From Elusimicrobia bacterium UBA4817 (GTDB lineage: Bacteria; Elusimicrobiota; UBA8919), in contig DHFT01000039.1 of the NCBI GenBank assembly GCA_002402375.1, forward strand, positions 12,809 through 76,808: DNA of 64,000 nt. Direction: 5' to 3'. The notes below the pieces were generated by a model. It did no database searches. It had not been told where the DNA came from and worked only from the letters and a program-made list of their open reading frames with translations. The position numbers were made by a program, and so were the translations under genes. The stretch's first letter is position 1. Each line of letters opens with the position of its first letter. Shown here in pieces: positions 37,359 through 47,289 of the stretch.

Positions 37359-38426
37359 CTATATGCTATTATAAAAAATTGCGTTTAATCTTGCAAGCCT
37401 TTCTTTTTTAATTTCTGCCGGGATGTCGTCTTTCATATAAAACGCTTTCGTATTTTCTCTCGGCGAATACTTAAAAGTGAATGCCGACTTGAAGCCGACT
37501 TTTTTTATGATGTCCAGTGTCTGCCGAAAATCTTTTTCTGTTTCAGTCGGAAATCCGACAATTATGTCGGTTGTAATTGCAACACCGGGTATTTTTTTTC
37601 TGAGTTTTTTGATAATTTTTAGGTACTTTCCCCGCGTATATTTTCTATTCATAAGTTTAAGAATTTTATTTGAACCGGACTGCAAAGGTAAATGAATCTG
37701 CCGAGTGACCTTTTTACATGAAGCGATTGCGTTGATGATTTTGTCGGACATATCTTTCGGATGACTGGTCATAAAACCGATTTTTTTTATTTGAGGAATT
37801 TTATTAAGTTCAATCAGTAAATCGGCAAAATCAAATTTTCCAAATTTATAGCTATTTACATTCTGCCCGAGCAGGGTTATTTCGTTCCTACCCCGCGAAA
37901 TAAGTTTTTTTACATCGGCGAGTATATCTTTTTTAGGTCTTGATATTTCGTCGCCTCTTACAAACGGCACTACACAGTAAGAGCAGAAATTGGAGCATCC
38001 TTTCGTTATAGTTACGAATTCCGTTCCTTTATTGTTAGAATTTTTGGTTTTTGGATTTTTCGGTGTTATGTTAACGGTATCCTTTACTATTTCAGAAAAA
38101 TTTTCTATTTCCGTTGCAGGAATGATTTTATCAATATAGGGGAACTTTTTTTTAAGTTTTTCTTTCAAGCGTGAAGCAACGCAACCTGCTACAAAAATTT
38201 TTAATTTTTTATTTTTAATCTTTAATTGCTTCAATTCTCCGATAAAACTGAACGCTCTCTCTTCCGCATGCTGTCTTACCGTGCAGGTATTGGCGATGAT
38301 TATGTTGGCTTTGCGAATGTCGTTACATCTTTCATAACCCGCATCGTGCAGTTTTTCCGACATAAAATCCGAATCCGCCACATTCATCTGACAACCCATT
38401 GTGCGAATAAAGAAGGTTTTAGGCAT
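37359..38426 (-). CDS. MiaB-family radical-SAM methylthiotransferase lacking a TRAM domain
   Basis: 355 aa; MTTase N-domain Cys (C12, C48, C82), radical-SAM 'CSNFCSYC'; the protein ends right after 'RLARLNAIF', where the TRAM domain of MiaB/RimO/MtaB would follow. Confidence 0.7.
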   Translation of the reverse strand: MPKTFFIRTMGCQMNVADSDFMSEKLHDAGYERCNDIRKANIIIANTCTVRQHAEERAFSFIGELKQLKIKNKKLKIFVAGCVASRLKEKLKKKFPYIDKIIPATEIENFSEIVKDTVNITPKNPKTKNSNNKGTEFVTITKGCSNFCSYCVVPFVRGDEISRPKKDILADVKKLISRGRNEITLLGQNVNSYKFGKFDFADLLIELNKIPQIKKIGFMTSHPKDMSDKIINAIASCKKVTRQIHLPLQSGSNKILKLMNRKYTRGKYLKIIKKLRKKIPGVAITTDIIVGFPTETEKDFRQTLDIIKKVGFKSAFTFKYSPRENTKAFYMKDDIPAEIKKERLARLNAIFYNSI

Positions 38427-38453
38427 ATATTTTTAGAGATATTTCTATTTTGT

Positions 38454-39107
38454 TTAATTATCTTTTCGATATTTTATGTTGCTTAAATTAATGTGATCCC
38501 AATAATCATTTGGAATAGGTTCTCCATTATAATAAAATTGAACCCCATCTATCCATTCACCGGTATAGTTCTTTTGGAGAAAAGTATCTACTAACATTGT
38601 TGTTGTAATACTTCCTCCTGCTGAACCTTGGAAATAATGACTTTTCCAAGTAATACTGGAAGGTACAATCATCTTTGGTTCACTTAGGTTAATTATTGCT
38701 ACATTTTTTCCGTTGATTTGTTCAATTTTTAATATATCTATTGGCAGATAGCTAAATTTTATCGTTGATAACTTTTGAGATAGTATTTTTAACTTTTCTG
38801 TTAAAGGCAATTCATTCGGTAGTTTTATATAAAATAATATTATTTTTTCCATAGTATCACTGTCCCTACTATATACTTCAAAAAAATAATCATTTTTATT
38901 ATAAGGATTCTGTTGTGATAATACATCTGCTTTGGTTTTACCAATTTCTTTTTTATAGTTTTCAACTTCTATTTTTAACTGTTTGATTTTAGATTCTTGC
39001 CATAGAAAAATTATTACTGCTATAAGCAGAATAAGGATTAAGTTAATAATTACGAATTTTATACTTAATTGTGTTTTTATAGACTTCTGGATATTAAGTA
39101 GTTTCAT
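38454..39107 (-). CDS. membrane-anchored hypothetical protein (N-terminal TM, coiled-coil, C-terminal globular domain)
   Basis: 217 aa in the AT-rich islet; no recognisable family. Confidence 0.4.
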   Translation of the reverse strand: MKLLNIQKSIKTQLSIKFVIINLILILLIAVIIFLWQESKIKQLKIEVENYKKEIGKTKADVLSQQNPYNKNDYFFEVYSRDSDTMEKIILFYIKLPNELPLTEKLKILSQKLSTIKFSYLPIDILKIEQINGKNVAIINLSEPKMIVPSSITWKSHYFQGSAGGSITTTMLVDTFLQKNYTGEWIDGVQFYYNGEPIPNDYWDHINLSNIKYRKDN

Positions 39108-39141
39108 GATTTTTCCTTTTATGTTATGATTATCTGTCAGT

Positions 39142-40095
39142 TTACTTTGTTTTAATAGATTTATTTATTTCATTCCATTCAGTAATAATATCTTTACTTT
39201 TTTTCCACCATTCAATAAATGGTGGTTTATTTGAAGTTTTCTTTATTTCGCTGTATTGACCTCTTAATATCGTATCCGTAGAAGGAACATTATAACAGAC
39301 ATTTTTGGAAATAATCCATCTGTCGTGAATAGAGGATATTACTTTTTTATCAGTAAGTACTCTCAATTCACAAGTAATGTTTTTGCTGTTCAGTTCCTTT
39401 TTGAAATTTTTATAAATATTTCTCAAATTTTCACTGATTTTGTCAACCGACATTAAAATGTAAATCTTTTCAACGTTCTTAAAATTCAAAGATTCAGATA
39501 ATAATTCAAACCCTGCTTTAGAAAAGTATTTATCTATCCAATAAATATGTTTACTGCATGATTTTATAATATTCCAAAAAATCTTTCTATTTGTAAATGG
39601 TTTTTCAGGTGAAATCAGTGCTGTTTCAGAAACAAGCATCGGTTTATGAATCACATCAAAAATTGTTTTAATTGTTGCATCATGCAGTTCAACCTTTTTT
39701 TCAAGTTGATTTAATCGGTTTATAATTTCCTTATTTGAAGATGCGATTTTTCTAATATTGACAAAAACTCTCATAATACCTATATTAACTTGAACGGATT
39801 TTTTACTATTGAGTACGCTTGAAAGCATGGCAACACCTTGTTCAGTAAAGGCATATACATTTTTAGAGAATTTTAAGGATATCACAAATTGTGATATCCT
39901 CATTATTTCTTCTCTCGTCAATATGAACATAAAGTCTTTCGGAAATCTATCAATATTCCTCTTTACAGCTTGATTTAATATTCTGGTTTCTACTCCGTAA
40001 AGCTCTGCTAAATCTCTGTCAAGCATAACTTTTTGACCTTTAATTAAGAATATTTTTTTCTCAATTATTTCTTGTGGTATCATTTGTTGTTTCAT
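39142..40095 (-). CDS. ORF6N (KilA-N-like) DNA-binding domain fused to a coiled coil and an unknown C-terminal domain
   Basis: N-terminus 'IKGQKVMLDRDLAELYGVETRILNQAVKRNIDRFPKDFMFILTREE…AFTEQGVAMLSSVLNS' matches ORF6N; about 170-aa C-terminal region unassigned; extended -10 'TGCTATAAT' upstream. Confidence 0.6.
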   Translation of the reverse strand: MKQQMIPQEIIEKKIFLIKGQKVMLDRDLAELYGVETRILNQAVKRNIDRFPKDFMFILTREEIMRISQFVISLKFSKNVYAFTEQGVAMLSSVLNSKKSVQVNIGIMRVFVNIRKIASSNKEIINRLNQLEKKVELHDATIKTIFDVIHKPMLVSETALISPEKPFTNRKIFWNIIKSCSKHIYWIDKYFSKAGFELLSESLNFKNVEKIYILMSVDKISENLRNIYKNFKKELNSKNITCELRVLTDKKVISSIHDRWIISKNVCYNVPSTDTILRGQYSEIKKTSNKPPFIEWWKKSKDIITEWNEINKSIKTK

Positions 40096-40340
40096 AATGC
40101 TCCTTTATCTTGCGATACATTATAGCAAAATTCCATAAATATTACTTTCCATTTTCCAGAGATTGGTACTTTCTTTGCACACTCATTGAAATTATATTCA
40201 AAAACGTTAATAAATTACTGAATTTATCAGTTTTATCATCGGTTAACGGTTTTACAATTCCAGACCATCTGACATCCGAAAGTTTTAATAAAAAATGTTT
40301 TATTCACGATAACAGTATATAAAAAGCAAGCACAAATGAA

Positions 40341-40363
40341 CCCCCGATAGAATCATTCGGGGG
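40341..40363 (-). terminator. probable terminator hairpin downstream of the GT2 gene
   Basis: 'cccccga-tagaatcat-tcggggg', 7-bp G/C stem followed on the minus strand by a U-rich stretch. Confidence 0.4.
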
Positions 40364-40421
40364 CAGGCTCCGATGGACACAGAAACAAAAAAAGTATATC
40401 TTGTTATTTCTTTATAGATTT

Positions 40422-40475
40422 AATCTGTGATGCTTCGCTAAATCTGTGTTCATCTGTGGTTACAAGGTTTTCTTG
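40422..40475. repeat. second copy of the CACAGAT element (see 12542..12632)
   Basis: 'aatctgtgatgcttcgctaaatctgtgttcatctgtggttacaaggttttcttg', immediately 3' of the GT2 stop. Confidence 0.6.
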
Positions 40476-40478
40476 AAA

Positions 40479-41936
40479 TTATTTTTGCCTGAAGGATAGT
40501 AAAATGGACGATACTGAAAAATACATAAAACCGAACTGGAAAAGCAGAATTAATGGTGTAAGAAAGTATAGCCGTGCTCTTATCGTGAGGTAAAGCAAAA
40601 CGGTGAAATAGAGAGCCATAAAAAGTTCCAGATAAAGAACCAGATTTTTTTTGGATTTATATTTTGTAGCATTCAGTTTTGCGGTTTTACCGGTCATACC
40701 GCATTTCGGAGTTCTTACAAATTCGGAGTCGTATCCGTAAATTCCTTCTAACACGCATTTGGAATTATTTATGGCAAGACCAATACCGGCTGACATCAGA
40801 AACGGGATGTATTTTACGGAGTCCCAAAAACCGTATCCGAGTTCTTTCTGTGATGTGTAATAAAAATATGCGATTGAAAAGGTTCCGAGTAAAAATACCG
40901 GAATGTCAATCATATAAAGATTTGTATTACCTGTGTTCAATCGGACAAGAATTGCCGGAAGAAGTACCAGCGAAACGGCCGTAAGAAACAAATAAGAGAA
41001 ATTACTTGACAGATGAAATACCGCTTCAAGTTTAACTTTTAAGGGCGTGTCGCTTTTTAGTATTTTGCCGAGCAGTTTTTTTGCTACCTGTATCGTTCCT
41101 TTCGCCCATCTTCCCTGCTGGGTTTTGAAAGCGTTGACATCAATGGGCAGTTCTGCGGGAGTTACGACATCAGGGACAAAAACAAATTTCCAACCCTTAA
41201 TCTGTGCCCTGTAAGACAAATCCATATCTTCGGTAAGAGTATCTCCCTGCCATCCGCCGGATGCCTCTATAGTTTTTTTTCGCCATATCCCTGCGGTGCC
41301 GTTAAAATTAAAAAATCTCCCCGAGCGGTTTCTTGCGGTGTGTTCAATTAAGAAATGCCCGTCTAAAATTATTGCCTGTATTTTTGTCAGAAGCGAATAT
41401 TTTCTGTTTGAATGTCCCCACCTCGCCTGAACCATTCCTATATTCTCTTCAGTAAAATAAGGCATAAGATTTTTCAAAAAATCCGGTTGCGGAACAAAAT
41501 CAGCGTCAAAGATGGCTATGAATTCTCCGGTTGCTTTTGCCATACCGTTTTGCAGCGCGCCCGCTTTGAAACCGGTTCTATTGTTCCTGTGAATATAAAA
41601 AATGTTGAGGTTTTCTTTTTTGAATTTTTCAACGGTTTCTTTTGCGATTTTTTGCGTTTCGTCGGTGGAATCGTCAAGCACCTGAATTTCCAGTTTGTCT
41701 TTCGGGTAATCTAACCGGACAATATTTTCTATTAAACGCGCGACGACGTTCATCTCATTAAAAACAGGAAGTTGCACGGTAACGACGGGATAGGGGTTGA
41801 CGAGCGGCTTTGTTTCAGGCGTTGCCTTCTTATATTTTTTGTAGAAATATATGAGAAAATATCTGTGGCTTCCGAAAATTATAAGCCCCGATAAAGATAC
41901 AAAATAGATAACAAGAAGAATATTATTCGCCGTCAT
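40479..41936 (-). CDS. processive family-2 glycosyltransferase (cellulose/hyaluronan/chitin-synthase-like, QxxRW motif)
   Basis: 485 aa; N-terminal TM helices, 'DDSTDET', 'DAD', 'QQGRWAKG' and C-terminal TM helices, typical of membrane-embedded processive GT2 synthases. Confidence 0.7.
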   Translation of the reverse strand: MTANNILLVIYFVSLSGLIIFGSHRYFLIYFYKKYKKATPETKPLVNPYPVVTVQLPVFNEMNVVARLIENIVRLDYPKDKLEIQVLDDSTDETQKIAKETVEKFKKENLNIFYIHRNNRTGFKAGALQNGMAKATGEFIAIFDADFVPQPDFLKNLMPYFTEENIGMVQARWGHSNRKYSLLTKIQAIILDGHFLIEHTARNRSGRFFNFNGTAGIWRKKTIEASGGWQGDTLTEDMDLSYRAQIKGWKFVFVPDVVTPAELPIDVNAFKTQQGRWAKGTIQVAKKLLGKILKSDTPLKVKLEAVFHLSSNFSYLFLTAVSLVLLPAILVRLNTGNTNLYMIDIPVFLLGTFSIAYFYYTSQKELGYGFWDSVKYIPFLMSAGIGLAINNSKCVLEGIYGYDSEFVRTPKCGMTGKTAKLNATKYKSKKNLVLYLELFMALYFTVLLYLTIRARLYFLTPLILLFQFGFMYFSVSSILLSFRQK

Positions 41937-41942
41937 TTTTCC

Positions 41943-42287
41943 TTATTTTTGTTTATCAAACTTTGGCTGACAATTCATGCAGTACCGTGCATATGGCATT
42001 GCTTTAAGTCGCTCCGGCGGTATTTTTGCCGAACAATTTTCACAAAGCCCGTATTTGCCTGCTTCAATTTTTTTTAGTGCCGCATCAATTGAATTAAGCA
42101 TTACTTTTTCATTACCGCTTAATCCGAATATAAGTTCCTTTTCCTCGCTGTCACCTGCCGCATCAACTTCGTCGCCGACATTAGGTTCCTGCAAATCCTT
42201 TTGTTGCTTGTCTGCCACTGTTTTTAATAAATCGTTTTTTTTTGCAATGAGATTTTTTTTCAGTTCGTTTAAATCCTTGGCATTCAT
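41943..42287 (-). CDS. DksA/TraR-family C4 zinc-finger protein
   Basis: 114 aa; 'CENCSAKIPPERLKAMPYARYCMNC' C4 finger after a coiled-coil. Confidence 0.75.
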   Translation of the reverse strand: MNAKDLNELKKNLIAKKNDLLKTVADKQQKDLQEPNVGDEVDAAGDSEEKELIFGLSGNEKVMLNSIDAALKKIEAGKYGLCENCSAKIPPERLKAMPYARYCMNCQPKFDKQK

Positions 42288-42308
42288 TTTGCCCTCCGGT
42301 TTGGTTTT

Positions 42309-43763
42309 TTACTTTACAACTTTTATCGTTTTTAATGTGTCAGTTTCCTGTCCGCTGATTCTTATATCCTTTGACGAAAGTTCAAAAAGGTAATCGCAAA
42401 TTTCTTTTGTTATCCTTTCTCCGGGAATAAGAATGGGAATTCCGGGAGGATATGGCGTTAGCGTCTGGGCGGATATGTGCCCCGCTGCCTTGTTTAACGA
42501 AACCCGTTTTGATTCCTTCTGAAAGAAAACATCCCGGGGAGTCATTACCATTTCGGTTGTCAATGACGGCAGGTTCAGATTCCAGTTTTTCTCAATGCCG
42601 TGGTATTTGATGTCTATGTCTTCCAGTGCGTTCACTAATTTTTGCACATCTGCTTTTGCAGAGCCGATTCCCATAATCGCAATAAGATTAAAGAGGTCGG
42701 CGCAGTCAACCTGTATATTATATTGTTCGTTAAGTATATCTTCTATTTCCAATCCGGATAATCCGGTTTTCGTAACATTAACGGTAAGTTTTGTGACATC
42801 AAGGTCGTAGCCCCGCGAACGGATGTCCTCTCGAGTAAAACAAAAAAAATTTTTGAGACGGTTTATTTTTTTTCTGCCGTATTCAGCCGCGTCTATTATT
42901 TCTCCCAAAAGTTTTTCACCGTGCAGCACCGCCTGTCTTCTCGCTAAATCAATTGAGGATAATGTAAGATAGTTGGGGCTGGTCGTTTGCAGCATTGAGA
43001 CGACTTTTTTGACACGGTTGAAGTCAATTCTGTCGGAATTGATATGAAGAACCGAGCCCTGCGAGAGTGCCGATAAAATTTTATGCACCGACTGGACAAT
43101 CATATCGGCGTCCGCTTCAACGGCGGAGATGGGAAAATCGCGGTGAAATCTCAAATGTGGGCCGTGCGCCTCATCAACCAAAAGAAGTTTGTTGTTTTTG
43201 TGACAGATATTTGCAATTTCTAAAAGATCGCTTGTCACTCCATTATAGGTCGGGCTTGTGATAAATACCGCTTTTGCTTCCGGAAATTTTTTGATTGCCT
43301 CCGCTATCTGGTCGGGCTCCGCATCAAGAATTATGTCAAGATTCTGGTCTATTTTAGGCTGCAACCATATCGGCCAAAGTCCCGCCAAAATTATTCCGCC
43401 CAAAACGGATTTGTGAATATTCCTTGAGAGAATTATGGAATCGCCGGGTTTGCATGCGGATAAAAACATCGCCTGATTACCGGATGATGAACCGTTAACG
43501 AGGAACAGTGACTGTTCAACCCCGTACGCTTTTGCCATCAGTTCCTGCGCCTGTTTTATGCATTTTGTCGGGTCGTGAAGCGAATCAACATCCGGGAAAA
43601 CGGTTACATCAAAATAATATACATTTTTTCCGGTAAATGATAAAAGTTTTTTATCAATGCTTCTTCCGTTTTTGTGGCCCGGTGTATGAAAAGAAACCAT
43701 CCGCTTTTTAGCGTGGTTATAGACCGCTTCAAATAATGGTGCTGAGTCCTGCTTTGTCTTCAT
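42309..43763 (-). CDS. Orn/Lys/Arg decarboxylase-family PLP-dependent enzyme
   Basis: 484 aa; PLP-lysine region 'QSVHKILSALSQGSVLH'; class I/II aminotransferase fold with the C-terminal decarboxylase domain. Confidence 0.7.
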   Translation of the reverse strand: MKTKQDSAPLFEAVYNHAKKRMVSFHTPGHKNGRSIDKKLLSFTGKNVYYFDVTVFPDVDSLHDPTKCIKQAQELMAKAYGVEQSLFLVNGSSSGNQAMFLSACKPGDSIILSRNIHKSVLGGIILAGLWPIWLQPKIDQNLDIILDAEPDQIAEAIKKFPEAKAVFITSPTYNGVTSDLLEIANICHKNNKLLLVDEAHGPHLRFHRDFPISAVEADADMIVQSVHKILSALSQGSVLHINSDRIDFNRVKKVVSMLQTTSPNYLTLSSIDLARRQAVLHGEKLLGEIIDAAEYGRKKINRLKNFFCFTREDIRSRGYDLDVTKLTVNVTKTGLSGLEIEDILNEQYNIQVDCADLFNLIAIMGIGSAKADVQKLVNALEDIDIKYHGIEKNWNLNLPSLTTEMVMTPRDVFFQKESKRVSLNKAAGHISAQTLTPYPPGIPILIPGERITKEICDYLFELSSKDIRISGQETDTLKTIKVVK

Positions 43764-43806
43764 ATATTTTACTTGCCAGATAGAATATAAAATTTTATAA
43801 AGTTTG

Positions 43807-44649
43807 TCAAGGTTTTTTTATTAGTTCATTCAAACTCCCCGTTCTGTAACCCTCCAAATCAAGCGTAATATATGTGTAGTTATATTTTTTCAGGGCAGCA
43901 ACTATTTTTTTGTGAATATTGTTTTTGAATATTTGGTTTAACTGGTTTCCATCAATTTCTATTCTCGCGGTATCTTCATAATCACGCAGACGAAGATTCT
44001 TCAAATTAAGTTTTTTCAGTTTGGTTTCTGCGTCAGATATTTTTTTCAGTTTTTCGGAAGTTATTTTATGTCCGTAAGGAAACCTTGAAGCGAGACAGGG
44101 TGAAGCATCTTTGTTCCATGTTGGAAGTTTTAATTTTTTTGATAGAGCCCGTATATCTTTTTTTGTAAGTTTTGCGTAAGATAGCGGATGTCTTACATTC
44201 CATTTTTTTGCTGCTTTCCTACCGGGACGAAAATCATTTCTGTCAGAATAATTTGTGCCATCACAAATAGTTTCAATTTTATTTTCAGTTGCACATTTAT
44301 CTAAATGAGCAAACAACTCGTTTTTACACCAGTAACATCTGTCCGGCGTATTGCGTACGAAGTTTTTGTTGCTCATTTCGTCGGTTTTCAGGAAGAAATG
44401 TTTGATGCCGGATTGTTTAATAATTTTTTTTGCAAAGGATAAATCATCTTTTGGATATGTCTGGGAAATTGCGGTGGAGGTTGTGACATTTTTTTTGCCG
44501 AGTGTGTCAATCGCAACTTTTAATAAAAATGTTGAATCAACACCGCCGGAGTAAGCGATTAAAATTTTTTTATATTTTTCTAATAATCTTTTTAATCTTT
44601 CCAATTTTTCAATCTTTGAATCTTTTACCTGTTTCCGCAAACCAGCCAC
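43807..44649 (-). CDS. LarE-like PP-loop ATP pyrophosphatase (TIGR00268 family)
   Basis: 280 aa; 'IAYSGGVDSTFLL' PP-loop, 'CYWCK' Cys pair. Confidence 0.65.
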   Translation of the reverse strand: MAGLRKQVKDSKIEKLERLKRLLEKYKKILIAYSGGVDSTFLLKVAIDTLGKKNVTTSTAISQTYPKDDLSFAKKIIKQSGIKHFFLKTDEMSNKNFVRNTPDRCYWCKNELFAHLDKCATENKIETICDGTNYSDRNDFRPGRKAAKKWNVRHPLSYAKLTKKDIRALSKKLKLPTWNKDASPCLASRFPYGHKITSEKLKKISDAETKLKKLNLKNLRLRDYEDTARIEIDGNQLNQIFKNNIHKKIVAALKKYNYTYITLDLEGYRTGSLNELIKKP

Positions 44650-45151
44650 CTCCGAGATGGTGAATCGTTTTTATTTTGTCCGTCTTAATATATTCGTCAA
44701 AAAGTTTATCGTCGGCATCTGCATAAACGATTTTTGAGACAAAAAGCACAACATCACCGTATTTATATTGATTGATTACTTTACATTCAAGATGGGCGAA
44801 ACATTCTTTGATTTTCGGCGGTTTCACTTTTTGAGAGTTTATTGCGGTAAATTTGGCTCGCTTAAATTTGTCAGTATCTTTCCCGGATACGGAGCCGCAA
44901 TACAAAACCTTTTTTATAAGTTTTTTGTCGGGTATATTTACAACAAATTCTTTTGTTTTTTTTATCAGTTTTTGCGAGTATGCTTGTTCCCCCATAGCAA
45001 TTACCAAAAGCGGCGGTTCGGAATTGACAACGGTAAGCCATGCAAGGGTCATTATATTTGGTTTTCCGATTTTATCAACAGTTGTAATTAAAACAACGGG
45101 TCCGTGATTTATCAGTCGGTAGGCAATTTCCGGTTTGATATTTTTTAACAT
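44609..45151 (-). CDS. flavin reductase-like FMN-binding split-barrel protein
   Basis: 'HGPVVLITT…MTLAWLTVV' flavin-reductase domain. Start moved to the internal ATG (MLKNIK…) so it no longer overlaps the btuB terminator. Confidence 0.6.
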   Translation of the reverse strand: MLKNIKPEIAYRLINHGPVVLITTVDKIGKPNIMTLAWLTVVNSEPPLLVIAMGEQAYSQKLIKKTKEFVVNIPDKKLIKKVLYCGSVSGKDTDKFKRAKFTAINSQKVKPPKIKECFAHLECKVINQYKYGDVVLFVSKIVYADADDKLFDEYIKTDKIKTIHHLGGGWFAETGKRFKD

Positions 45152-45180
45152 AGAATAAAAACAGTATAGTTTTTTTTGAG

Positions 45181-45222
45181 AAAAAATCAAGAAAAAAAGA
45201 AGACGGCACTTAAGTGCCGTCT
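45181..45222 (-). terminator. intrinsic terminator downstream of the TonB-dependent receptor
   Basis: Perfect hairpin 'agacggcac-ttaa-gtgccgtct' followed on the minus strand by a long U-tract. Confidence 0.75.
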
Positions 45223-45244
45223 ACTAAAATTATTCCCGAAGAAT

Positions 45245-47110
45245 TTAGTCCCACAGATACAGATTTATCCCGCCTGAAAATGTTCTTCCGGGAAGCGGAT
45301 AATCTTCTCTCGCGAAATATCTTTTGTTAAAAATATTTTCACAGGAAAAATAAACTTCTGCCTGAAGAATTTTCCGGCTTACTTTCAAGTTCGCAAGAGT
45401 ATATCCTGGAATTTTTGGTTTCTCTATTTTATGTGTGTATTCAACACCGAGTTTTGTTTGAAGTTTCAGTGGTGCTAAATAATTCAGAAAATAATTCAAG
45501 CGATGTTTTGGTGTGTATTGCAAAATTTTATATGTTCCCCCCTCCTGTTTCCCTTTACTTTCAAGGAAGGTATAATTCAAACTCTGTGTCAGTTTTTTCA
45601 CAATACTACTTTCTGCTTCAATCTCAACTCCTCTTGAAAAAACCTTGCCGACATTTGAAGGTGTCCATATACCAGTTTCATCAGGCGCCCATTGAATAAA
45701 ATCCTTTACATCGCTGTAAAATAGTGTTATCTTTGAAACCAGAATTTCTTTTAATTTATACTCAATACCAAAATCACTCCCAACAGATGTTTCAGGTTTT
45801 AAGTTTGGATTTCCCGGCATAAATGGGTCAGGCCAGTATAAATCATTAAATGTTGGTGCCCTGAAAGCCCGTCCAATGGTTGAAGAAAGTTTGAAATTAT
45901 TGTTGATTTTGTAGATATTGACAATCCTCGGATTCAACTGCCCACCAAAAACATTGTTGTAATCGTATCTTGTTCCAATTGTTGTTGTCATCGGTTCAAG
46001 ATTAAATGTTTTTTGAGCAAAAATTGCAGAAGCGTCTGTCCATTTGTCAATATCGGTTGTTTTGGTAATTTCATTCTTTTTCTTATATCTGTCGTTTTTT
46101 CCCTCAACTCCTGCAGTTATGTCATACAAAGTATCAATCTGTATATTTGCTCCAAGGGTTTTTGAGATACCAATATCATCATCAGGTGAAAAATCCCAAG
46201 TTTCAGGATGTGTATCCGGGTCTTTGTAATGAAGATTATTCTGCTGAAAATAAATTTTGGATTGCAATTTTGTTTCATTCGCAATCTCTTTTTTGTAATT
46301 TAACTCGTAAGATTGTTTGGTTGTTTTTTGATTAGCATTTGGCGTCTCTGCTGTTTTTTCTTTTTCATTGTCATAATCAGCAAGTTTTGTGAAATTTCGT
46401 CCAGGTGTTTCAAGTTCTGATGTTAAGAAACCGTTGCTTAAAGAGATTTCTCCGTATTTTTCTAAATCATAACCGATTTTTGCGGAAAAATCCGTTGAAT
46501 CATAATCAGAATTATCCCTGAAACCGTCCGTTATATTTTTCCCGCCCGATAAACATAAGTTTGCTTTTCCCGGCATAGCGGTAAAGTTCATTTTGTAATT
46601 TTGCGTGTTGAAACTTCCCTGCTCAATGCCGATTTCGGTTTTGGGTTTTACGGCGGTTGCTTTTTTTGTGATGATGTTGACAACACCGCCCAAGGCATTT
46701 GCGCCGTAAAGGGCGGACGCCGGACCGCGCAGTATCTCAATCCGTTCTATATTTTCAGACGGAATTTCGGTAAGATTTGCCGAACCCAGCGATGTGTCGT
46801 TAACCGTGCGGCCGTCAACCATAACAAGTACCTGCTGTGCGGAAGCCCCGCCGCTTCGGATTCTCAGTTCAGATTGCGAACCGAGTGTGCCGTATTTTGA
46901 GACCTCTACAATACCGGTTTTATTTTTCAGAATTTCACCGACATTTTTTGCGTCGGAATTTTTTATTTCCTCTTCCGATATCACGGTTATATTTGTCGCT
47001 GTTTTTTCAACAGAAACCTCTTTTCTTAATCCGATAAACACTGCTGTTTCCTGTGCATAAAGCACACCCATTCCCGCTAATAGTATTGCTCCCCAAAAAA
47101 CTTTTTTCAT
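45245..47110 (-). CDS. btuB: TonB-dependent outer-membrane receptor (BtuB-like, cobalamin/corrinoid)
   Basis: 621 aa; signal peptide, TonB box, plug and 22-strand barrel ending in Phe/Trp; sits directly 3' of a cobalamin riboswitch. Confidence 0.8.
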   Translation of the reverse strand: MKKVFWGAILLAGMGVLYAQETAVFIGLRKEVSVEKTATNITVISEEEIKNSDAKNVGEILKNKTGIVEVSKYGTLGSQSELRIRSGGASAQQVLVMVDGRTVNDTSLGSANLTEIPSENIERIEILRGPASALYGANALGGVVNIITKKATAVKPKTEIGIEQGSFNTQNYKMNFTAMPGKANLCLSGGKNITDGFRDNSDYDSTDFSAKIGYDLEKYGEISLSNGFLTSELETPGRNFTKLADYDNEKEKTAETPNANQKTTKQSYELNYKKEIANETKLQSKIYFQQNNLHYKDPDTHPETWDFSPDDDIGISKTLGANIQIDTLYDITAGVEGKNDRYKKKNEITKTTDIDKWTDASAIFAQKTFNLEPMTTTIGTRYDYNNVFGGQLNPRIVNIYKINNNFKLSSTIGRAFRAPTFNDLYWPDPFMPGNPNLKPETSVGSDFGIEYKLKEILVSKITLFYSDVKDFIQWAPDETGIWTPSNVGKVFSRGVEIEAESSIVKKLTQSLNYTFLESKGKQEGGTYKILQYTPKHRLNYFLNYLAPLKLQTKLGVEYTHKIEKPKIPGYTLANLKVSRKILQAEVYFSCENIFNKRYFAREDYPLPGRTFSGGINLYLWD

Positions 47111-47289
47111 TTTTCCTCCAAAATTTTTATTTACTATTTTTCCATTTCTACTTTTAACCTGACGCGTAGCGTCACACTGAACTTGATTCAGTGTCTCGTT
47201 GAGAGATGCCGAAACTAGTTCGGCATGACACTTCGTGTCACTTTTAAGTTTTTATTTTCATTTCTGCCTCCCTTTCTCTCGAAGAGAAT

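Noticed and set aside
40110-40322. 70-aa plus-strand ORF in the islet's intergenic region
   Set aside because: Lies in the promoter region of the ORF6N gene, is AT-rich with no ribosome-binding site, and has a low-complexity translation; probably not a gene.
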